The notes under the pieces were generated by a model that saw nothing but the letters and a program-made list of their open reading frames with translations, was not told the origin of the DNA and ran no database searches. A program made the position numbers and the translations under genes. From Verrucomicrobiota bacterium (GTDB lineage: Bacteria; Verrucomicrobiota; Verrucomicrobiia; Limisphaerales; Palsa-1400), in NCBI GenBank assembly GCA_049513975.1, contig JBEKVM010000011.1, forward strand, positions 4,637 to 68,636: a DNA stretch of 64,000 nt, read 5' to 3'. Positions 58,505 through 64,000 of this stretch are shown here, one piece after another (the first letter of the stretch is position 1; each line of letters starts with the position of its first letter).

Positions 58505-60607
58505 ATGAAACCATTGTTCCCCGCCAAATTCGCCTTCGCCATCGGCGCCCTCGCCGCCCTGATCTTCGCCGCCTGCCAGGCAACCAAAGAGCCGGCCACC
58601 ATCGCCAACCCAAAGGCCTTCGCCCCAGCCTCCTCCCGGCCAACTGCCGACGCACCCACAGCCATCCCATCCGTCTCATCCAACCTGCCCGCGCCCGCAT
58701 CTCCCGCCGCCGCAGCTCCCGCCGCCGCAGTTCCAACAGCCCCTGTCACCCCCGCCCAAGAGCCTGCCAGCCCGGCGGCGGAAGCCACTCCGGCTGCGGG
58801 AGCGGCTGCCGAAGAGCGGGCCACCTCCAGCGATCCCATTGAGCGGATCAAGGAGGAGGGTTTGAACCATTCCCAAGCGATGGATACTTTGAGCTACCTG
58901 AGCGATGTCATCGGGCCGCGCCTGACCGGCTCGCCCAACCTCAAGCGCGCCAATCAGTGGACCAAAATGAAATTGGAAAGCTGGGGCTTGACCAACGCCC
59001 ATTTGGAACCTTGGGGACCGTTCGGACGGGGCTGGGAGGCAAAACGGTTTTCCGCTCAAGTCATTGAGCCGCAGGCCTTTCCCATCATTGCTTATCCCCT
59101 GGCCTGGTCGCCCGGATATGACAAGCCGATGGAGGGGGATGCGGTTTTCATTGACTTGGCGCAGACCACTAATTTGGATCAATACAAGGGAAAACTCAAG
59201 GGCGCCATGGTCCTCGTCAGCCCCATGCGCACCAACCTCGCCGTGCCATTTCAACCTCTGGCAGTGCGGTTGGCGGACAGCAATCTGCTGGTGGCGGCAA
59301 ACACTGTGGACGACCTGGGATTCTTCGGCATGGTGCAGTCGCGCGGCGGCGGGGGCGGAGGCCGCCGGGGCGGATTTGCATCGCAGCTCGGAGCAAACCG
59401 AATTTCGCCGGCACGATTGCTTTCGTTTTTGACTGAGGAAAAGGTGGGGGTCGTGTTGAGCGTCACCTCGCAGTTCGACAACGGGACGGTTTTGGTGCAG
59501 AGCGCCTCGGTTCCGGCGGGCACCAACGCCGGCGGCGGCGGCCGCGGAGGGAGCAGCCCGTATTCCACCAACGCCCCGGCCATGCCCCCGCAAATCGCCG
59601 TGGCGGTGGAGAGCTACAACCGGATCGTCCGCATGATCAAGGCGGGGGAGAAAGTGAAAATGCAGATTGACCTGGAGGTCAAGTTTCACAATGAGGATTT
59701 GATGGCTTACAACACCATCGCCGAAATTCCCGGCACCGATTTGAAGGACCAAATCGTCATGCTCGGCGGGCACATGGACTCGTGGCCGGCGGGAACAGGC
59801 GCCACGGATAACGGCGTCGGCGCGGCCGCCTGCATGGAAGCGGTGCGCATTATCCAGGCGGCCGGCTTGCATCCGCGCCGCACCATCCGCATCGCCCTTT
59901 GGACCGGGGAAGAAGAAGGCCTCCTCGGCTCCAGGGCTTATGTGACCCAACATTTCGGCTCGAATGCAGGAGGACGGGGCGGCGGCGCGGGGCGCGGTGG
60001 CCGCGGCGGCCGGGGAGGACGCGGTGGCGGCTTGAGTGCGCCGGGAACCAACGCCCCAACCGAATTGGCCGCAAACACCAACAACCCGCGCGTCGCCGGT
60101 TCCGTTGCCCCCATGGCTTTTCCAATCGATGCACAAACCACCAACAACCCGGCCGCGCAGAGTGGTGCTCTTGCCGGAGCCGGAGCCTCCACCAACGCGC
60201 CCGCCCGCAGAGGGTTCACTCCCGGCCCCGAATACGACAAACTCTCCGCCTACTTCAACCTCGACAACGGCGGCGGGAAAATCCGGGGCATTTTCATGGA
60301 GCAAAACGAGGCTGTCCGCCCCATTTTCCGGCGCTGGATGGAACCGTTCCGCAGCCTGGGCGCGGAAACTCTCAGCATGTCGCGCACCGGTTCCACCGAC
60401 CACGTTTCCTTCGACAGCATTGGCCTGCCCGGATTTCAGTTCCTCCAGGATCCGATGGATTACTTCACCCACACCCACCACACCAGTGAGGACGTGTTTG
60501 ATCGCATCTCGGCCGAGGATCTCAAACAAGCGGCGACCGTCATGGCGGCCTTTGTCTATGACGCGGCGATGATGGATGAAAAATTGCCGCGCAGCCCGCG
60601 CAATTAG
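58505..60607 (+). CDS. M28-family aminopeptidase with a PA domain (lipoprotein-like signal) and Gly/Arg-rich inserts
   Basis: ..YNTIAEIPGTDLKDQIVMLGGHMDSWPAGTGATDNGVGAAACME.. and ..WTGEEEGLLGS.. Confidence 0.8.
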   Translation: MKPLFPAKFAFAIGALAALIFAACQATKEPATIANPKAFAPASSRPTADAPTAIPSVSSNLPAPASPAAAAPAAAVPTAPVTPAQEPASPAAEATPAAGAAAEERATSSDPIERIKEEGLNHSQAMDTLSYLSDVIGPRLTGSPNLKRANQWTKMKLESWGLTNAHLEPWGPFGRGWEAKRFSAQVIEPQAFPIIAYPLAWSPGYDKPMEGDAVFIDLAQTTNLDQYKGKLKGAMVLVSPMRTNLAVPFQPLAVRLADSNLLVAANTVDDLGFFGMVQSRGGGGGGRRGGFASQLGANRISPARLLSFLTEEKVGVVLSVTSQFDNGTVLVQSASVPAGTNAGGGGRGGSSPYSTNAPAMPPQIAVAVESYNRIVRMIKAGEKVKMQIDLEVKFHNEDLMAYNTIAEIPGTDLKDQIVMLGGHMDSWPAGTGATDNGVGAAACMEAVRIIQAAGLHPRRTIRIALWTGEEEGLLGSRAYVTQHFGSNAGGRGGGAGRGGRGGRGGRGGGLSAPGTNAPTELAANTNNPRVAGSVAPMAFPIDAQTTNNPAAQSGALAGAGASTNAPARRGFTPGPEYDKLSAYFNLDNGGGKIRGIFMEQNEAVRPIFRRWMEPFRSLGAETLSMSRTGSTDHVSFDSIGLPGFQFLQDPMDYFTHTHHTSEDVFDRISAEDLKQAATVMAAFVYDAAMMDEKLPRSPRN

Positions 60608-60631
60608 CCCGCGCGCCGCGGAAAGCGATGC

Positions 60632-62284
60632 ATGAAATCAGCCGCCCTGTTGTGCGCCTTGTCCTGCCTGGCCGCCCTGCCCTCCCCCGCGCCGGGCCAG
60701 ACTAACGATGGCGCCTTGTTGTCCCGGGCCGAAGCCAGCAACTGCGAGGAGACCAGCCGCCATGAGGACGTGCTCCGTTTTTTCAACGAACTCCAGAAAC
60801 GCAGCCCGCTCCTGCGCCAGCAAATATTCGGCCGCACCGAGGAAGGCCGCCCCATGCCGCTCATCATCCTGGGCGACCCGCCCGTCTCCCAGCCGCGCGA
60901 GGCGCGCGCTTCCGGCAAGCCGGTCATTTTCGTCATGGCCAACATCCACGCCGGCGAAGTGGAGGGCAAGGAAGCCGTGCAACATCTGGCGCGGCGCATT
61001 CTGACGGGCGGCCTTCATTCTCTGCTTGACAAACTCATCATTCTGATCGCTCCGGATTACAACGCCGATGGCAATGAACAGATCAGCCCCACCCACCGCA
61101 CCGCCCAAAACGGCCCCATCGGCGGCGTCGGCATCCGCGAGAACGCGATGGGCCTGGACCTCAACCGCGATTATATAAAAATGGAAGCGCCGGAAACCCG
61201 CGCGTTGATCGGTCTGTTTAACACCTGGGACCCGGACCTGACGGTGGATCTTCACACCACCGACGGTTCTTATCACGGCTACCATCTCACTTATTCCATC
61301 CCGCTCAACCCGACGGTGGACGCGCGCCTTCTCTCCTATTCCCGCGACATAATGATGGCCGCCCTGACCCAGGCCATGAGCCAGGACGGCTTTCGCACTT
61401 ATTACTACGGCAATTTCTCCGGCCGCGCCCCCGGGCCGGGCGAACCGGAAACGCGCACTTGGAACGCCTTCTCCCAGCAACCGCGCGTCGGCCAAAATTA
61501 CCTCGGCTTCCGCAACCGCCTGACCATCCTTTCCGAAGCCTACAGCTACCTGGATTTCCACGATCGCATCCAAGTCACCGCCGTCTTCGTGGAAGAAATT
61601 CTCAAATACTCCGCCGCCCACGCCGATGAAATCCGCCAGGTCACGGCCCGCGCCGACCGGGACACCGTCAGCAACGCGCGTTCCGCCAACCCGCCCCTAA
61701 TCGGCGTGGAATACGAACCCAAGGCCCTGCCCGAAAAAGTTCCCTTGCTGGTCGGCCAGGTCACCAACGCCCTCAACCCGCGCTCCGTCCGGAACATGAC
61801 CGTGGTCGTCAAAGACAAGTTCACCGCCGTGCCCATGCTGGATTACGAGCTCTTCGCCGCCACCCGCTCCGTTCCCCAAGGCCGCGCCTATCTTTTCCGC
61901 GCCGAAGACGGCCTGCGCGTGGTCACGGACAAACTCCTGGCCCACGGCATCGCCGTCGAGGAGTTGACCGCCCCGCTGGCCGTCGGCGTGGAAAATTTCA
62001 CGATCACCAATGTCCACAAGAATCCTGTCATCTTTCAGCGCCATCACGAAGTCAAACTCGCCGGCCAGTTCAAAACGGAAACCGTGACTTTCCCGGAAGG
62101 CTCCCGCCTGGTCCGCACTGACCAGCCCCTGGGCACCCTGGCCGCCTACTTGCTTGAACCCGAAAGCGACGACGGCCTGGTGACCTGGAATTTCCTCGAC
62201 GCTTATTTGGCCCCCGGCCAAGTCTATCCCATCTCCAAGCTGACGCAGGACGCCAAAATCTCCAGCCGCCTCCTGAGCCAGTGA
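60632..62284 (+). CDS. M14-family zinc carboxypeptidase, secreted
   Basis: ..[15 protein letters not shown].., ..DLNRDYIK.. and ..[13 protein letters not shown].. Confidence 0.8.
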   Translation: MKSAALLCALSCLAALPSPAPGQTNDGALLSRAEASNCEETSRHEDVLRFFNELQKRSPLLRQQIFGRTEEGRPMPLIILGDPPVSQPREARASGKPVIFVMANIHAGEVEGKEAVQHLARRILTGGLHSLLDKLIILIAPDYNADGNEQISPTHRTAQNGPIGGVGIRENAMGLDLNRDYIKMEAPETRALIGLFNTWDPDLTVDLHTTDGSYHGYHLTYSIPLNPTVDARLLSYSRDIMMAALTQAMSQDGFRTYYYGNFSGRAPGPGEPETRTWNAFSQQPRVGQNYLGFRNRLTILSEAYSYLDFHDRIQVTAVFVEEILKYSAAHADEIRQVTARADRDTVSNARSANPPLIGVEYEPKALPEKVPLLVGQVTNALNPRSVRNMTVVVKDKFTAVPMLDYELFAATRSVPQGRAYLFRAEDGLRVVTDKLLAHGIAVEELTAPLAVGVENFTITNVHKNPVIFQRHHEVKLAGQFKTETVTFPEGSRLVRTDQPLGTLAAYLLEPESDDGLVTWNFLDAYLAPGQVYPISKLTQDAKISSRLLSQ

Positions 62285-62307
62285 TTTTTTCCCAAGCGTG
62301 GTGGGCC

Positions 62308-62410
62308 GGGTAGGGCGGGCAGTCCTCTGCCCGCCGTCGAGCATTGGCCGAGGAATCAATGTTGCGCTACCAGCGTCCGGCGGCCAGAGGACTGCCCGCC
62401 CTGCCACCCA
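62308..62410. repeat. Two inverted copies of the GGGCGGGCAGTCCTCTG palindromic element
   Basis: AGGGCGGGCAGTCCTCTGCCCGCCG (62312-62336) faces the reverse complement of 62381-62405 (AGGGCGGGCAGTCCTCTGGCCGCCG). Same family as 5853-5897 inside copA. Confidence 0.7.
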
Positions 62411-62461
62411 TGACTGCCGCATTACGCGCGGCCTGCTTATGCTGGCGTTTGCCTTTATCAT

Positions 62462-62680
62462 TTGTATATGTTCACAGCGGTTTATCGAAAGTGCGGCAAG
62501 TGGTGGGCGGCATACGTGGAAGAGGTGCCTGGAGTCAACACTCAGGGCGCCACGCTCGCGGAGACGCGCGCCAACTTGAAAGAAGCGCTGGCCTTGATGT
62601 TGGAGACCAACCGCGAACTGGCCCGCGAACAAGAGCGGGACCCCGCCTGTATCCGCGAGTCGGTCAGCGTGGACGCGTGA
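62462..62680 (+). CDS. hicB: HicB-family antitoxin (UPF0150-like)
   Basis: ..FTAVYRKCGKWWAAYVEEVPGVNTQGATLAETRANLKEALALMLE.. is typical of short HicB. Confidence 0.7.
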   Translation: MYMFTAVYRKCGKWWAAYVEEVPGVNTQGATLAETRANLKEALALMLETNRELAREQERDPACIRESVSVDA

Positions 62681-62730
62681 AACGCCTCGAACTCGAACGG
62701 CATCTGCGGGAGCAAATGCCGTGTTTTGAA
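62677..62730 (+). pseudogene. hicA: HicA toxin remnant
   Basis: A GTG overlapping the hicB stop gives VKRLELERHLREQ, a HicA-like N-terminus. All HicA similarity is lost after about 13 codons. Confidence 0.35.
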
Positions 62731-62833
62731 GCGCTTGAGGACAGCTTTGGTGACGTGATCGGCGTACAGAGCCTGCAAGAGTTGAAACCTCGCCCAATCG
62801 CCTTTCACAGCCTGGGCACATGTTTCTGCTCAT

Positions 62834-63451
62834 CTACGGCCTTCGACTCTGATTGCCGTACTTCTTGATTTCTAGGATTCTCAAAAATCGCCGAAACGAC
62901 CTTGAATTTGCCGCAATATTTAACGGGTCGGCTTTCGTCAAGATTCTCTCCGCGTCATCAATTTTATCATAGCTCTTGTTTAAAGCCATTTTCGAAAGAA
63001 GCGCAGCCGCATCGACGTGATCCGCCTTGTCTGGCGTAATTCTTTCCAGGTCAGAGGCTGAAACGTTGAATCGCCCAGACATGCTTGCGATCGCGCTGGG
63101 GTCGCCCAGGACCCAGTTTTCGAACTTCCGCGTCTTCATCACGACCTTGTATTCGGAAATACTAAGTCCTTCGTAAGCTATCCGGAGTGCGTCTTCCAAT
63201 AGGCGTGCCCAGGAACCAGGGCACGTGGCCCTGGTTTCGAAATCGATGAGAAAAACCGCTCGATCGACGCCCCTATTAGCAAGAATATGCACCCTGCCCT
63301 TCACAGACCGAACGATTTGGGCCACAGGAGCCAAAGGTTGCATATCGGCGTAAAGTGGGTCAAGTATTGCGCAAGGTGTGCTAAGTCGTCGAATTATCTT
63401 CGGGATGCAACGAAACTCAGCCTGCCCATCTACGATAAGACCTATTCTCAC
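62834..63451 (-). CDS. DUF4276-like protein (possible Toprim-like fold)
   Basis: 205 aa starting (GTG)RIGLIVDGQAEFRCIPKI, with ..RAVFLIDFETRA.. My recollection of the DUF4276 family is its ~200 aa size, an acidic motif on the N-terminal strand, and pairing with an AAA_21 ATPase. The GTG start overlaps the upstream stop (GTGA). Confidence 0.5.
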   Translation of the reverse strand: MRIGLIVDGQAEFRCIPKIIRRLSTPCAILDPLYADMQPLAPVAQIVRSVKGRVHILANRGVDRAVFLIDFETRATCPGSWARLLEDALRIAYEGLSISEYKVVMKTRKFENWVLGDPSAIASMSGRFNVSASDLERITPDKADHVDAAALLSKMALNKSYDKIDDAERILTKADPLNIAANSRSFRRFLRILEIKKYGNQSRRP

Positions 63452-64000
63452 GGTTTTTCCTGCTCCCTGTCAGCATTAGCAGCCGATTTTGGAGGTATCG
63501 CCTCGGAAACCGTGCCGCTATCGATCAGTTCGAAGGTCGCAACTTCGCCCGACTCCCAAAGCGCGGTTATACTTGGGTCAAGTTCATTGAGTTTCTTGAC
63601 GTGGGACTCGCCATCTGTGCGCCACATAACCCAGACCTTATCTGGCGTCACATGATCGATGATAACAGGCGAGTGAGTCGTAATTAGGATCTGTTGCGGT
63701 TTCATTCCTCCTGCGGTAGCCTCTGAGCAGGCGCTGAGGAGATTTCTAATCACCCACGGATGAACCGAGTTCTCGAGTTCTTCGAGGACCAGCATCGTTC
63801 TGGTAGGATCGAAAATTGCGACTAAAAGACAGAGCGTCTGAATGGTACCGTCAGAAATCTCCTCAACCGTCCACGGACGTCCAAATCCTTTCTCATGGAA
63901 AAAAAGGCCCAAGGTCCTGGAGGTAGTATAATTGACTTCTATTCGCTCAAGGGCTGGCAAAACTCGCCGCATAGTTTGGAGAATTCTTTGCCAAACCTCC
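63448..64000 (-). CDS. ABC-type (AAA_21 / SMC-RecF-like) ATPase, C-terminal part; the 5' end is beyond the window
   Basis: ..EEISDGTIQTLCLLVAIF.. (signature-like), ..MLVLEELENSVHP.. (Walker B / D-loop) and ..ILITTHSPVII.. (H-loop). The frame stays open upstream of the track's ATG (63972) to the window edge. Confidence 0.65.
   Translation of the reverse strand, partial: EVWQRILQTMRRVLPALERIEVNYTTSRTLGLFFHEKGFGRPWTVEEISDGTIQTLCLLVAIFDPTRTMLVLEELENSVHPWVIRNLLSACSEATAGGMKPQQILITTHSPVIIDHVTPDKVWVMWRTDGESHVKKLNELDPSITALWESGEVATFELIDSGTVSEAIPPKSAANADREQEKP

Noticed and set aside
48704-62833. Long minus-strand ORFs 48704-49843, 51414-53312, 54224-55453, 58676-60529, 60638-61621 and 61697-62833
   Set aside because: They are antisense to the BNR protein, PL4, GH51, M28 and M14 genes. 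The last one also reads through the palindromic repeats.

Overview
A 64 kb, roughly 60% GC bacterial chromosome segment. Gene content, Ala/Pro-rich r-protein tails and intergenic short 'word' repeats suggest a PVC/Verrucomicrobia-type genome, but that is inference only. The core is highly conserved. The str-S10-spc-alpha ribosomal superoperon (rpsL to rplQ) runs on the minus strand from 33.3 to 14.5 kb. It diverges from tRNA-Thr, tuf, tRNA-Trp, tRNA-Ser, secE, nusG, rplKAJL and rpoBC on the plus strand (33.7-46.8 kb). The left flank holds a sulfatase that runs off the window, two convergent toxin-antitoxin modules, a CopA-type P1B ATPase, a 2.1 kb gene-free repeat region, a glnD split into two frames, two secreted proteins and a Phd/VapC pair. 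The right flank holds a PafA-like phosphatase, a BNR propeller, a CBM48 protein, PL4 and GH51 pectin enzymes, recF, rpmB, smpB, rpoZ and M28 and M14 peptidases. It ends in a low-GC (about 45-48%) island with HicB, a decayed HicA, and a translationally coupled ABC-type ATPase plus DUF4276/Toprim-like gene pair that runs off the window. That pair is my best candidate for an uncharacterised defence-type system. Other notable signals are a 1.1 kb higher-order tandem array of hairpin elements, a 142 bp MITE-like element with inverted termini and a 9 bp duplication, palindromic repeats translated inside copA, and tandem DNA repeats inside r-protein tails. Many long ORFs in the track are antisense shadows of real genes and are rejected.
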